This document shows, piece by piece, positions 48,606 to 63,590 of a stretch of 64,000 nt of DNA. Position 1 is the first letter of the stretch. Every line of letters begins with the position of its first letter. The stretch covers positions 8,620,001 through 8,684,000 of the forward strand of contig NC_087246.1 of NCBI RefSeq assembly GCF_037042905.1. Reading direction: 5' to 3'. The notes beneath the pieces were generated by a model that saw nothing but the letters and a program-made list of their open reading frames with translations, was not told where the DNA came from and did not search any database. Source of the DNA: Lytechinus pictus (Eukaryota). Both the position numbers and the translations under genes were made by a program.

Positions 48606-49779
48606 TTTTTATGTTGTTTTTGTTGTTATAAAAGTTGTAATTTAGGAGTAAATCATTCTTCTTTGACATAATTTTCATTCAATCTATTTTGATAACTGAT
48701 ATCTTTTCACATCAATGTTATAAATAAAATTATAATCATTTTTTTTCAAAATCATGTTTAGAAGTCTGTTACCTATGTTCTATAAGTCATGCAAATAAGA
48801 TTAATCAAACACGATACTTTCTTGACGGGTGTTTCCCCGAATACAAGAGAATTATAAACCGAAAATGTTAGATCAATATGACTCATACATATATAGTTAA
48901 AAACTGAATCAACAATCGTCATCTTGTACCATAAATCCGCACCATTCCTGAAATATGAGTATTGCAATTGATGATACCGTTCGACCTCTGTGCATGGCGG
49001 CCCCCAGTGGGGCTAATAAATTGGGGAAAATGTTTCTGAGGAGGATGCTGACCTGGCACTGAGTAGATATACCACAAAATCAGCATGAAAATATATATCG
49101 ATCTGTAGTGATGGAAATGAAAGGCGCAGTGGAAGGAGAGAAGGAAAAATAGAAGGGATATAGGAGTGAAGTGATTATGCCTAGTTGCCTAAAAACTATA
49201 AAAAATTAAACGGCACTAATACGGATAGTTTATGACACGTCCATTGACTCATGGCCCTGATGGGTATAGAGCGAGGGTGCTGGAGGTGCTGAAGCACGCC
49301 GAGATTTTCGTGGGGGGGGGGGGGCGCTGCGTGTGTTATTCTCCATAGGCACTACCCCCTGGAATTCTGTAAGGTTTGCCAAAATGATATAACCCAAATG
49401 ACCTACATTTCGTAGTAAAACCCCTTCTTTTTGCATGTCAAATTTTTCGGAACCAAAATGGCCCTCTTTTTGTAGTGAAATATTTTTTCCTTTTTTTTTG
49501 CTTGTCATATCATAAATCAGCACCCCCTGTTAAACATCGTTCCCTGGGCCTTGCATTGACTCACTCAGTTCTTTGCACTCCGATATCAAAGTTCACTTTA
49601 ATATTTTTTTACGAATAAAACCAATCTAAAAGAAAATCAAGAAATATTATTAGTGGCGAATCTCGGGGTGGGGTCACCCTTTCTCTGGCGGAAAAATCTG
49701 ATTTGGACAAAATGATATATATTTTTCTTTCTTCGTATTACGTAACAATGTCGACTTTTAATGTGTTGTATAAAATGTG

Positions 49780-49888
49780 TTCTTTTGATTGTTTTATGTA
49801 TATATGTATTGTGCAGGGCCCTGGTTGACAACAGTGTCTAAACCACTGAACAGGCTACCCTGGGTAAAGAAGACAAATAAAAAAAAAT
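49780..49888 (+). mobile_element. LINE/SINE 3' tail
   Basis: CAGGGCCCTG...CAGGCTACCCTG stem, followed by AATAAA and oligo-A. Confidence 0.4.
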
Positions 49889-50439
49889 GACCTTTCTTGC
49901 ATGTAAAATAAAAACCGACGGGGAAAGTGGTGTCCTTGACTATATTTAATTTCATCTAGGCCTACTTGTTAAGCTCTACCACAGGCATAAATATAGTGAT
50001 TCTACATTTTTGGAACTGATATGCATCACCATCATCGGGACAGGCTGCTGCGGGATTCCTTTTTTTATTTAGCCTAAAAGGAAACGAATTGCAATTTTCC
50101 TTCAAGTTATTTAGTTATCTGTATTTTTTATTTCCACTCAAGAATTGCCTTCTGTTGACATCAATTATCGTCACATACGATCTTTGTTTAAACGTGACCG
50201 GTTGAAAGTGCAATGGGCTTACCCGAAAAAAGTGAATCATCGTCACGTGATACATGGTCGTTGAACGATGAGGGCTTACAGAAAGTTAAAAAAATTCGAT
50301 AGAAATTTTGAAACTAATTATTTGGAGAAACACACACCTATCAACATATATTACCATGAACAATTTTAATACGGAGTTTCACAGTAAGTACATGTAGTTT
50401 ATTTGTTGATATTTACATTTTCATTTATCTTCTGTACAT

Positions 50440-50612
50440 CTGTTATTCTAATGTGGTTTATTGTATCTAAATTATACGTTAATGTTATATGTTATGGACC
50501 CCACGGAAGACCACCGCTACTGTGCCAGTCACGCTGAATGTGGGCTATCCACCGTATTTTATTGTATATAATTGTGCTTTTTAATACGGAAATAAATACT
50601 ACTACTACTACA
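50440..50612 (+). mobile_element. L2/Crack-like LINE 3' tail
   Basis: TGGACCCCACGGAAGA...TGTGGGCTATCCA stem, then AATAAA and a (TAC)n tail. Confidence 0.45.
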
Positions 50613-50904
50613 TAGTGAGGAGAAGAAAAAAATCGTAACTGAATATCTGTGCATGGTGCAATAATTGTCTATATTGCTTGTAGTCATGATTAAAGTTGGC
50701 AAGTGTAGGAGGACCCTTTTCCTGTAAATCGACACAAATTTCAAACGATGTAAAGAGATTGTGAATCCATGTCTATTGCCATGTAGGCCTAAATTTCGAT
50801 TCATATGTCTTTAAGTAACATATGCACCCGGGGGGAGGGGGATTGTCGAAAGTGAAAAATATCTCCTCTCGCCTTGGAGCCCCTTGGAGACCGTGAGACC
50901 AACC

Positions 50905-51332
50905 ATGTCCCTGGTTGGTATGCAAATGGGGGAGATGCAATGACATCATCCACTTACTATTTCACTTGTATTTCATTATCTGAAATATGAAATATTCTTA
51001 TTTAATAATCTAATAACAAAGTTATATTCCTTTCTGAACTTACCTTTGTTTTAATATTTTGAGGTTCAAATATCATTGTCAAATCTGTTTGAAACAAAAA
51101 TTGTAAAATTAAAACGATAAAAGAAAGTAATAATGTAATAATGGGTGCAGGACATCATCGTCTCTCATTTGCACATCACTGAATTGTGCATGTTATAACT
51201 GTTTCCTGAAAACTTTAAAACTTCATAACTTTCTTATTCTATATCTGATATTGATCACGAAATTTCTGCGTTAAGCTTCTTTAATTTTCTCTATTTATTT
51301 AAATTACTCTTTTCTGGGGGTAGACTTGACCT
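50905..51332. mobile_element. Truncated Kolobok-like MITE, family B
   Basis: Matches the interior and right end of 52185-52776, ending GACTTGACCT|TTAA. Confidence 0.7.
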
Positions 51333-52184
51333 TTAAGACGTGATATTCAAGCCTTCTAAAGTCTGTTCGGATTTATAGAATTTGGCACTCGATGTAAGAG
51401 TTAGCTAGTTCATCGATCAATCTGATTTTATACAAAATGACGTGAAATAGTGATAGTTGTGGACATCTGGCTGAACTTGATCCTAAATTTAACAAAAATC
51501 TTGGCTGAGATTCAATTTTTGAGTCTCACACCAGTACTGGATGATGCGATTGGGACCGTCGGCAGAGTTCATTGTGTTAAACGTACGTAGCAGGAGACGT
51601 CAATTACCCTACCCATAAGATCGTGTCATGCTATCACTATATTTAAAAAAGGAAAACTGGGAGGGGCTGTAGCCCCTTTGGTTTTATAAGAGATTACACA
51701 AGATAAAAAAGGAGAAGAGGAGGAGTTAGAAGAAGAACGAGGAAAGGAGAGCAAACGAATCGGTGTTCTGGATCATATTGGGGCTGGGGTGGGGGTGGGA
51801 TAAGGCTGCAAGCATTTTCGGAGCCGAATCTTTTATCTCATACTGGTGAAGAAAAAAAGGGCGCACTGGAGAAGAAGTAAGCTAGGAGAAAAGAGAAGAA
51901 GAACAGCAACAGAGCGTGCATAATGCCCACCTGCACAATGAAAGGGAGGGGATGGGATGTTGGCCTATGATAAAATTATATATACATGTATAAATTTTAT
52001 TAATTTCTTTATTTTATTTATTTATTTATTTTTTTTTTTTTGGGGGGGGGCAATTTTTGTTTTAAATAAGACTGATTATGCGACAATATGAACCGATTTT
52101 TTTTTTCAATTTAAATTGATCGAAATGAATAAGTAACTGTAACTGTGATAAGAATCTAACGATACTTCTAGATGGAATATTTAA

Positions 52185-52776
52185 AGGACAAGTCCACCCC
52201 AACCATTAATTGATTTGAATAAATAGAGAAAAATCCAACAAGCATAACACTGAAAATTTCATCAAAATCGGATGTAAAACAAGAAAGTTATGACATTTTA
52301 AAGTTTTGCTTAATTTCACAAAGCAGTTATATGTACATCCTGGTCGGTATGCAAATGAGGAGACTGATGACGTCATCCACTCACTATTTCTTTTGTATTT
52401 CATTATATGAAATATGAAATATTACAATTTTCTCCTCATTGTCAAGTGAAACAAAGATTAATTCCTCCCTGAACATGTGGAATTAGCATTGTTTTCATAC
52501 TATATGGTTCAGTGAAGTTGGTCCCTGTAAAAAATGAAATATTGTATAATTCAAACAATAAAAAACAAAAGAAATAGTGAGTGATGGACATCATCGACTG
52601 TCTCATTTGCATGTCACTGAAATGTGCATATAACTGTTTTGTGAAAAATAAGCGAAACTTTAAAATGTCATAACTTTCTTATTTTACATCCGGTTTTGAT
52701 GAAATTTTTAGCGTTTTGCTTGTTGGATATTTCTCTATTTATTCAAATCATCATTTTTCTGGGGTGGACTTGACCT
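52185..52776. mobile_element. Kolobok-like MITE, family B
   Basis: TTAA|AGGACAAGTCCACCCC...GGGGTGGACTTGACCT|TTAA. Confidence 0.85.
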
Positions 52777-53491
52777 TTAATGATAACAATACAATAAGAA
52801 ATTTGTCTTGTTTGGCCAGATTTTGCATTTTTAATTTGATTAAACAATGGACCTACAAAGACATGCATGAAATATAAACGTGAGTCAATACCTATGAAAA
52901 TCAGCACCTTCTGATTATGTTCATTTTAACATGTTTAATGAAAACATACAGGTACAAAAGAACAGTTTTCTGGTCTTGGCATTTGTTGGCTCATGTCGTG
53001 TATCAGAATAATGCCCTTGAATCAATATGCTTTAGATAGTCGGGCAGCAAAATCGAGAATCAAGACAATTTTAATGAAATTAACTTATTTTCGCTTCACA
53101 AATTTCCGCACTCACATAATGACATGAGTAGCATTGATAAATACACAATCTCTATACACACAATGTGCCTTTAATTTCTGGAATATTAGGAAACTCGGAA
53201 AATGGATTATAAACGATAAGAAATCAATCACAAAATAACCTCAATCGTGAAATATACATTTATTTTCACAAGTGGAACTCTTATAAAAAATCCGATTTTG
53301 ATTTCTCTATTAATTTTATACAAATATAAATCTTTTTGTTTGGAATGGAATAGAACAAAGGATCGTTCAAAAACCTAACGAATGGAATACAAAGGTGCGT
53401 ATGGTTTTCTCGATTACGCCTATCATTGCAATTTTCTTCCTTCACCTATTGACCTACAACAGGTCTACTCTGCAGCAAATTGATGTTTCCC

Positions 53492-53664
53492 GGGGAAACC
53501 CAAAACATCGAACTTCCTCTGAATTCCGTTACAGTGACTCATCGGGGTGACCATTGACCTTTGGATACTGGAGGGTATCCCCAAACCCCTTTCGCTCCAG
53601 ACTTATATTTCGATGCTTCCATTTTATAGAATTATAAATACAAAGAAGGGATCAGCGTGACTCA
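53492..53664 (+). promoter_or_regulatory. Candidate MMP cis-regulatory cluster (AP-1, kB-like, DR1)
   Basis: GGGGAAACCC at 53492, TGACTCA at 53535 and 53658, TGACCA-T-TGACCT at 53548, GGGTATCCCC at 53573. Confidence 0.4.
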
Positions 53665-54323
53665 GTAGATCACTTGCACTTGTGGTTCTCGGATAGTTCT
53701 TATTTGCAGACCAGTATTTAGTTTGATGATGGTTAATTCGACTTCACCAGCCGTCAAAATCTTTTGAAGAAGAATTTTATCCAGTAACGCAAGCAAAACA
53801 AAACATCGTTAATATTCTTTAATTGTCTTGGAGCCTATTTCACAGAAGATATTAAATCCTTTAACCTCATCTATTCCTCTATTCTAACACGATTTGTGAA
53901 AGCGTTCGAACTTAAAGTCTAGCTTATATTTTTCCTCCTTTACAAAACTTGACAACTGGACACCCTTTTTGCTGTACAGTCCTCATTTTCAACAAGCGGT
54001 CGCAAGTGAAATATGTCGCTAAAAACTGAAGCATTAGGCCTACGTGATATTGGTTTCTTAAATCTATAGTGACGTTTCATATTGTTATTGAAGGGAAGCT
54101 TAGAGCATTTAAGCTTCCTGGTGACGGTATAGCCGGTAGGAGGAATCCAAGTTCTCTGCGATCCAGTATTACCGTCTCCATTTCTACTACGGATAAGGCG
54201 AAACGCGATTTACTGTAGTGCAGCTGCTCATTGGTTGGAGCGATTATATGATAGGCAAGCATTCGCACATTTACTTTCTGCTTTGCTCCTGAACGTCGCA
54301 TTCGAGATTGGACGAACTCTATA

Positions 54324-54440
54324 ATGATGATGGGATTTGTTGGTATCTCACTGTTGATCGTTTGTTCTTGTGTCGTGGTCGATGGTCAGGGACATGGAGG
54401 AGGAGTTGCAGACTCACAAGAAGATCTTGAAGCTGCGCTG
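54324..54440 (+). CDS. Matrix metalloproteinase exon 1 (signal peptide, start of prodomain)
   Basis: MMMGFVGISLLIVCSCVVVDG is a hydrophobic signal, ending ...EDLEAAL|GTAAAT (phase 0). Joins in frame to give EAAL-NYLSKY, typical of the first helix of an MMP propeptide. Confidence 0.75.
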
Positions 54441-54538
54441 GTAAATATTTCAACGCACCATTCTATAGTATATTCATCAGAAAATAGTAACAACTATAAT
54501 AATTATGCAACATATGCGCGCTTAATACATGTTTCTAA

Positions 54539-54954
54539 AGCCCACCGCACACCTTACGACTGGTCTGCGACCCGATTTCAGAATAAAATGTAATAGAATT
54601 TGATGCTAATATTGAGACTTGGAATATCTTACTGTGTAATGTTCGAAATCATCGTACGAATACCTATGATCAAATTTGTGACTATGCTATCATCCTTCTT
54701 AGAATAAAAGCGAATTTAATATCTAGTCGTAATGACGTCATAGCAGTCTTACGATTGGCTACGATTTGAACCTAATTTGGACTTTACTCCAAAATAAGGG
54801 CTTGCAATCTTTCAAAATTGTTATAATATTATTATTTCAATTAATTTCAACCTCAAATAAAATGATATGTTCCATTCACATCTTCAGAAAATGAGAAAAA
54901 TGCGATTTGTTCCTAAATCGGGTCGCAGACCAGTCGTAAGGTGTGCGGTCGCCT
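54539..54954. mobile_element. Harbinger-like MITE
   Basis: TAA|AGCCCACCGCACACCTTACGACTGGTCTGCGACCCGATTT...AAATCGGGTCGCAGACCAGTCGTAAGGTGTGCGGTCGCCT|TAA. Confidence 0.85.
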
Positions 54955-55049
54955 TAAGCGTTGCATATAATGTTAGTTACCCCGGCTTTTAGGACGGCTA
55001 CCCTGATAGAACGATTAAATTACATTCAAGGAATTTCTTCCTTCTGGGT

Positions 55050-55192
55050 AGGCCTACCCTATAACTACACCTGGGTGGAGAGTGGCAAATGCAGATAAAC
55101 GCCTTGTCAAAGGATGCAAGTGCTGCGGTGGGATTTGAACCCCGAACCTTTTAGGTTCAAAGTCCGGACACTTATCAACTGAGCCACAACAC
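55050..55192 (-). mobile_element. tRNA-derived SINE with a CORE-like body
   Basis: On the minus strand: A box TGGCTCAGTTG, B box GGTTCAAATCC, then CCTTTGACAAGGCG...CTCTCCACCCAGGTGTA. Confidence 0.7.
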
Positions 55193-58100
55193 ATCTTATT
55201 ATTCTCATTTAATTGAGATCTAACGTTTATACAAACTCTCATAAAAATAGGTGAAATTTTAAAATGTTATCTTTTTTACGTCCGATTTTGATGAAATTTT
55301 CTGCCTTATGCTTGTTTTATTTTTCTCTTATTCAAATAGTTTTGCTGTGTGGATGGACAATGCCCTTTACCATGTTTACAAAACTCGTTGCCTCTTTGAT
55401 GGCGACCAATAGATTAATAGTTTATACCCATTGTCATTGAGATAGATTTAAAAAAATCCTAACTCGCACCCGACTAAATATACTGCCCAGGTTATTCGGG
55501 GGCAAAAACGACTGATACATTTTTCCGGAATAAACACAAATAAAAGTTAAAAACAAAACAAAACATGACCACGGACGGTGGTAAAACTGGTAATGTTTTT
55601 GTTAAATTCCGTTAGCATTTGGCCTAGATATATTATATTCTTTTGCTCAAAAAGTGAAATGATTTTTTTTACATCTAAAATATATATCATGTATCTAAAT
55701 AATCTGTAAATATGCCTCTATTCATTACTCGACCTAATTGTGAAAGGATTAATGATCATTAACCCAAGGCCAGATTAAACTTGTACGAGTTCCATGATCA
55801 GACACCCTTGACACGATTCCCAAATTTAATGAGGGTCATTGCTTGTCCTGGTTTAATTACGATGTGGGATCCATGGTTACGTTTCCCCTGAGTTGAGTCG
55901 TTGTGCCCCTTTTTACTGACAACTGCAGACGTCATGAAAGGGGGTCTGGAGACCCTGTCTAACCTATGACGAATAGCAGTTTGTTGAATGTGGTCGATCT
56001 AATATCCTCTTTACAAAGACCAAAATAGCGGTATATGGCTCACAACAAGTAGATTTTATAGCCCGTGTGTTTAGCTCTTCGAGCTGCGATACAAGGATAT
56101 CGTGATTCAAAATGACGATTTAATAACTTAAACTTTCTTGAACAGTACAAATCAGTTGTCAGGGTTAGGGACCCTGAATTCTATCATAACGTATAGGAAC
56201 TACCTCACCCCTCACCTTGACTATGTGCCTCTTCAGGAAAGATGAATGTATAGAGAATAGTTCGAAAGGGTTTCTGTAGCGTTGTTTTAATGTTACTGCC
56301 GAATTTAGATGGAAATAATGCACCCAGTAATAACTATCTTACAGAGTAAAATAAAAAAAAGTTGATCATTATGTGCTGAAAAACTGCTGATAAATATGTA
56401 CTGCTCATTTGACAATTTGATTTATTTGAAAACATCTTGTCAGAAAAGTCATTGCTTACAGAGTGCAATTGTAAAAGTAATGTTTAGCGAACCAAGACAA
56501 TTATTTTAAATATATTGACAGTTCACATCTTCGTTTCACAACGAATGTGCGATTATGAAAACTTTGCCATTCGGAAGCTCGATGTTGATAAAATGCTGAG
56601 CTATCATAATGTTACCACGCACCATACGAATAATTGTGATATGCGCTATACAAGAACTGTTTATAATTATTATTATTACGAAACGGGTCCCATGTATTTT
56701 CATTTTAATCTGTTAAAATTATGTAAATTCTTATTTTTTTTTTAAAGTGACCATGAATAGTAAATTTTCTTCTGAGGGCGTTTCATTTTCAACATCGTCG
56801 CAAAATAGTGAAAATATGTTTGGTCACAATATGCTATTTAGACCAATCAGCATGCAGGATTTAATGCGAAACATTATATTATTTGTTGAACATTATGACA
56901 AAACCAGTAACGAAATTAGATCGTTATTTTTTTAAATTTTTTTGCTCGCTTGAGAATTCACAATTTTTTCTCAACATGCTCCATGTTATACCCCTCAAAA
57001 TTTTGGGGTGATTACACTATTAACTATGAATTGATAATGGATGATAAATATATGATTGATGAAATTTTAGTGAAGAAAGAAAGAAGAAAAAAGAAAGAAA
57101 GAAATATTCGTTTTATATCATTGTCTTTTATGGAATTCTAGACATGTTTTTTTATAACGGGAAGAACGGTGGAGTTGACAGCTTGCATTTGTATTTCTTT
57201 CTCTAGCTTGTAACATCATTACACCGACAAAATATTTTCAAATCATTGTTATTCCCACAAAATTAATCCCTTGAACATGATGAAAGCACCATATCATATT
57301 AAAATTTCATCCTGCTTTGCAAGCATAGAGATTACCCCTAAATCCATTTCGGACTTCCCTCTTGGTTTCTTTTTACTTATATATTATGTTATTTCCATAT
57401 CGTGCTTATCATACATGACTTTGCAATATAAACACAGTTTCATCTTTTATTTTATCGGATTTATTTTTAATAATCATCTTTAACTCTCATTCCTTTGCTC
57501 TTTCTCCTTCTCGTGTCCGCACACCCACACCCTATACACTCACCTTTCGTTTTTTCTCTCCTTTTCAATCTCTCTTTCTCTCTCACACAAACAGAGTGCC
57601 ACACACCCACACACACCCACAATGTGGGTTGGTGTGTGGGACACTCTCAAACACATACAAACTCCCTCCTCGTCCTCTGTAGCTCTTCCTCTTTCAGTTT
57701 CACAGATTACAATGATGTAACGAATGATTAATCTATTTTTCGTAGTTTTTTTTAACTTCAAACACTTAACAGCCCTTAGAAATGTTAGAAAAGTCTATAT
57801 TGTGGAAAGAATGAAACCATATTAATGAATCATGCTTAAAAGAGTCTTCCTTCCGGCAGTTCAAAATCGAACAGGAAGGATTTGCCCACTTGGAATATGA
57901 AGATAGGGTTAATTAAAATTTGCTGAATCTAATTATGTTATTTTCACGATATAGCTTTCAAGTTACATGAAGGACATTTCGTCTCCCGAAAAGCCTGACT
58001 AGAAAAACAAAAATGGTCAATCAGTGACGAAGACATTCTACAGGGTGCACCATTACTTTTTTTCATCAAATTTTACGGGGTGCGCCGCACCCCCCCCCTT

Positions 58101-61100
58101 CAATCCACGTCTGATACGCCATCAACCTGACAACATAGTGAAATCATTTTTAGATGATGACTTCAGTAGATGATAATGACTTATAAATGCAAATCATCCA
58201 GAAACGCAATCGAAATCTACCGGCGCAAATCTTTTACGATTTTTGCAATTTCGATTTTGTTTTAGTTCGTTGAATTTTGATCATGATGCTAAAAATATTA
58301 AAGTTTAAAATCAAGTATTCGCTTACTTGCAAGGCTGGCGACATTCTATATCCGGGCTTGAAAGTTGTCCGCAGAACTGAGCAATAAATCCACTGTACGA
58401 CATCCTTTTTCTCAAGAAATCGACAATAATTTAGTCGATTTTGCGGGTAGAGGCTAAGTATTTAATTTCAAAATATTGACGAAACTAATCTGTCCTTAGT
58501 TGAGTGAAAAGGCCTTGGTATTAACAACTATTCATGAAATATGTAAAACGATTGATGAATGTCGCAAGACATTTTACTGTTCTTATGACTGAACAAGTGC
58601 CAACTATTTCAGTATCTATAGTCAAAATGTTGATAACATTCAATATCGCTGATAAAGAACGGAGGGGCCGAGTGTTGCCTCTGCTGGCCTCAAATTTACA
58701 CAATTTTTTTTTTATCAAAACACTGTATTGCGGTTCTTTATTCTGACATTCTAATACTCCTAATGTATAACACAATTTTCACCAAATCATCAATATTTTG
58801 GCTAGCTTTTTTTTGGCTTGTAAACTCTCCATTTTTTTAATCGTCTCCAAAGTGCTTATCCCCTCCCAATTTTTGCCTTATTGCGCATCTTCTTTCATCA
58901 GGATCATGAAATCTTGAAGTCTGTAAAACTGGTTATTATCTTGATATTGAACGTGACTTAAAAATCATGAACAGGTGTCCGATTGAACAATGTCATTTTC
59001 AAAGTTTGCATTGTTACTCGAGAAACATGACATCATACTTTCAAAGGTGTGTAGAGACAGCAGCTGGGTATAAGTTCAAATCAAGTTCATGGTTATCACT
59101 TCCCCTACGAATGATATTTTAAATCAATCCAGTTCAATACACTTAGGTTAGCTAACTTATTTAAGTTTGAACTGTTATTAGTTGATCATAGAATTACACA
59201 CTTATGAATTATTATCGTCACGGTATTGCTTACTTTTGAATATTCATTCCAGTAAGGAATTTACATAACCTAACACAACATCATCATTCTGATGAAAGCC
59301 AGGACATATGTCTATCTAGTCAAGGACTTTAAGCATCTACTTGGTTTCTTCAAACTCTACCACATGACTCTGCGTCATACAATCAAGTCTCGTGACATGT
59401 GTACCATCTTTAATTCTTCAAATTATTCCTCACAATATTCACAGATCAGAATAGACGTGTCGTATCATCTCACGATAGTGAAAGCTTACTCATAGCATTA
59501 CCACTGTTGAGCGGAAGTAATGATGATGTCATACTCATCAAGGGAAAAACATGAATACTTTTACTAGAATTACATGTAGATATATCTTTTGTTTGATTAG
59601 TTTTTGTCTGACAACAACCAAAGAAAGTCGCAGTCACAATATTTCAGATATGATCTGACGAATGGCCTAACAAAGGTATGTCAACAAGAAAAGTTTTTTG
59701 GTGGACAAATATAATCAATTATGATATAGTAGTTGTCTGTACAAGATCATTTGGAACCAAAGATAACATGGAAATGGTAAACAATGCTAGAAAAAAATAT
59801 TCCAATTTGAAATCATCAATTCAAATCAAATCAAATTCAACTCAGGACGTATTCAATGGTATTCGTATCCTCCAAATACAGTGCTTTCTTATATGACAAG
59901 CCAGTGGGACAATTTCACATTAAGTATTAACTTGTCTAAATGCAGAGTGAATCATTTATTCATTGCATAAAGTTTATTGTATTTTTGTGTTCAGGTTTTC
60001 CTATTAGAAAATAAACATTTTTTTGTTAATTCAGGTAGGCCTATTGGATTTTGGATCATGAATTAGAGAGGCAAAAACATCCAAGGCACCACTGGTAATC
60101 TGCACTAAAGAGAACCATCTCATTTTAAAACAAGCCACGCATTTGCATGCAGTTTAGCCCCGAATAGATTGCCCTATTACTTTAATTGTACGAAGAAACA
60201 TGAACCCGAAACATGACCCAACCTATTAAAAGGAGTCAGAAATATCGAAAGAACATTCTTTAGGTTCTCATTTTCACATATTTTCCTCCTCGAGGTCCCT
60301 TGATACAAACTAGAAAGTAACTGTAATCACTATTGTTGTCTGACTAACTTTAAAAACCTGTTTTATCAGACTCTCACAATTTTGTGTTAAACAGGTTGTT
60401 GAAAAAAGTTCAACCAATTATTGTTCAAAAGCATTTTAAAAAGTTGTTAGAGTGACTGGTTTAAACAATGGGCTCAATATTTTGAACAACCGCGTTTTCA
60501 CAGTTACGTTAACTAGGAAAGAATGAATTCATTTACCTCATTAATCCTTTTATATGTGAGATCTATATCGGTTGAAATTGAGTAAGAGACGCTTTGGCTC
60601 AGTGGAATGACTGTATTTGCTTATTTAATTTTAAATTAAGCCAATCAGTTAAATCATAATGTGTAATTGACTCGGTTATCACGTTTAGGTTTAATTCGAA
60701 CACTGCAACATTTCAACATCCTGAACCCGATTATCCAACCTTCAAACCCCGATGACTTTGTCCGTGACCGCATAATGGTAATTACCCCCAAATAGTGTTT
60801 CCAGTGTATCAGTGCTAACTCAATGTTTACAGTTTTATGTGTTGAACACAAAACATTGAAAATTAGTCACCCTCGTCATGCTATAGTGGAAAACGTTTTC
60901 GGCAATGCCGTTTATGAAGTTTGTGTTCGTTTCTTTTCTATTTTCACCTCTGTACCAGACGTGAATACAAAGCAAGATAAATGAGAAGAAAGGAGGGGGG
61001 GGGGGGGGAGGGTAGCTAACTAAACTTAGCCCATAACCATGATAACATAGATAACGTGAGATTAACGTTCCCTTATTTAAAGGAGTTTGCATCAGGAACT

Positions 61101-61914
61101 CTACGCTCTAGATAAAATGATAAGCCAAATACTTTAAATATACGACAGGTTTGGACACAGTGATCGATTTCTGAATATTGCCAGTGCGTGTAGAGAGTGA
61201 GAAAAAGAAAAGTATTACTTGTTTCAAGCTGTTGATTAATTCTGTAATTTATTTAGCAGCAAATTGACATTTTAAGGAATGCGAGAAAATACATAAATTA
61301 TGAGAGCAAAATTAAATCCCACTACTATAGATATTTAGGAAAGTCAGTTTACGTTAGATGTTATGGAATATATTTCTCGTCATGCTTTACTCTAAAACAT
61401 GAAAAGTGGCAAAGGGGTAACTTTTTCAAGGGCCGAGGAGTGACAGTGTTTATGAGAAGGTTAGAAAACATTGTTACTCCTCGGCCATTTTCCATCCATA
61501 CTTGTAGTCTAGTTCCAGATTAAAAAAAATCTTTATTCACTGACTGTATATTCTGTTTTCCAGAAAAAGTCATTTAAACAATCAACAATTGTACTGATAT
61601 TTTCATGATTATTATGTTTCAATTACACGAAAAAGCCCGCATATTGTATTTAGTATATAGGATAATTTTGATTTAGACCACACAACTAAACTCCAAAAGA
61701 ACCAGTCTGATCCTTGGGTTGAATTAACATGAGTAATCATATAAAATTATCTTGAACTGGCTTTATTTCAGATATCGAATGAATTGTTTCCGATACTTAA
61801 TTGTTTACAGCGGCTTTCAGGGCCCTTCTGGTTACTGCTAATTATTACGCAAACCATCTCAAGAATTTTTTTTTTAAATACGGGGAACTTTGCCAGACAT
61901 AATGTAGGCCTTAA

Positions 61915-62497
61915 AGGGGAATGAAACCTTTGGAATAAGTAGGCTTGTGTCGAAACAGAAAAATCAAAGAAACAGATCAGCGAAAGTTTGAGAAAAATCT
62001 GACAAACAATGAGAACTTTATGAGCATTTGAATATTGCAATCACTAATGCTATGGAGATCCTTCTATTGGCAATGCGACAAGGATGTGTGATGTCACATG
62101 TGAACAACTTCCCTTTGATGGACTATAAAATACCCCAAAAATGTATCTTTTTGTTTTTTCTGATGGTGATACAAACTTTTTATCCATGATCTATTCTTTA
62201 AAAATCTGTATTACATGCCCTATATAGAAAGAACAAATGATCTACTGATATATGTGATAAAAGAGGCAATTTAAGTGAAATATATACTAAAGTAATGGGG
62301 AGAGTTGTTCACAAGTGACATCACACATCTTTGTTGCATTGCCAAGGTGAGGATCTCCATAGCATTAGTGATCGCAATATTCAAATGCTCATAACCTTCT
62401 CATTATTTGTCCGATTTTTTTCAAACTTTCGTTGATCTGTTTCTTTGATTTTTCTGTTTTCACACAAGCTATCTTGTTCTAAAGGTTTCATTCTCCT
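61915..62497. mobile_element. Kolobok-like MITE, family A
   Basis: TTAA|AGGGGAATGAAACC...GGTTTCATTCTCCT|TTAA. Confidence 0.88.
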
Positions 62498-63590
62498 TTA
62501 ATATTAGAAGTTGTTACAAACACTCAGAAAAGTGTATGCGTGTGGGAATCGGGGGGGGGGGGTGGACTTGTACCAGCGATCTCTTTGTGAAATATTGTTT
62601 TTGCAGTTTGAACTATACACATCAGTAGCCTACTTTCTTTTTCCATTCATGGTCAATAATGGTATGGCTGCAAAAATATCACGACTTGGCCTAAAGCATA
62701 ACCTTTCGTGAATGAGTCATAGCACTGGCGTAAATAATATTTAAAAAAATCACGACAAGGGGGAAAAAGAGAAAAGGACAGAAAAGGAGAGAAAGAAGGG
62801 TGAAATATGATACTATTGATACTAATTTCTGAATATTTTGTCAAAATCTATCTCGAAATTGGAAATTTGTAACAAAGATGACTAAATTTTTGCTCACTCG
62901 CTTCGCTCCCTCGCAACTCTTTATTGATTTCACGCTATGCGCCATATCTAGCCCCTTTAACATGTTCAAAATGTTTGGCTCATTACGCCACCCCCTCTCC
63001 CACACTCTCTCTCTCTTATCTTATCTTATTTTATGTCCTTCTTCTTTTTTTTATAAGAAACACTAGACAGTGGCCTGTACTGTTACCCGAAGAAGAAGAA
63101 GATATACTCCTTCACGCAAAGAAAAAAAAAATCAACTCCGTGACATTTCCTTACGTGTCCGGGCCAAGTTCTGTTTAGGACAGGAAGATAGTTTTAGTGC
63201 TGCCCGACTGCCTCTAAATTTATATACGCGATCCATTTTTTGAGCGCTGAGAGAGGCTTATGCAGTAATATGGGGCATAAATCACTTTAGCATTACAGAA
63301 ATATATTGAAATCAGAGCGGAAAATAGATATTTGTTTGATGAAGGATAAGGCTTTCTATTGAAATAACATGTGCAAGTGCAATATAAATACTTGAAAACC
63401 CCGATTGTTTATCCTGTTGTGTAAATACTTTCATTTTGCGTTCTAGTTTAAGTTTGCCATTGATACCATGGCATGCTATCATTCAAGCATGGTGTTTAAA
63501 TGAGATATTACAACAAACATAAATTTCATGCCTATTTTAGGATGTTATGTGAAAAATACTTTATAAATTGAAATTATTTTCTTTTTCCAG

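Noticed and set aside
55110..55192. tRNA-Gln(TTG)-like gene
   Set aside because: Acceptor stem does not close and the sequence continues into a SINE body.
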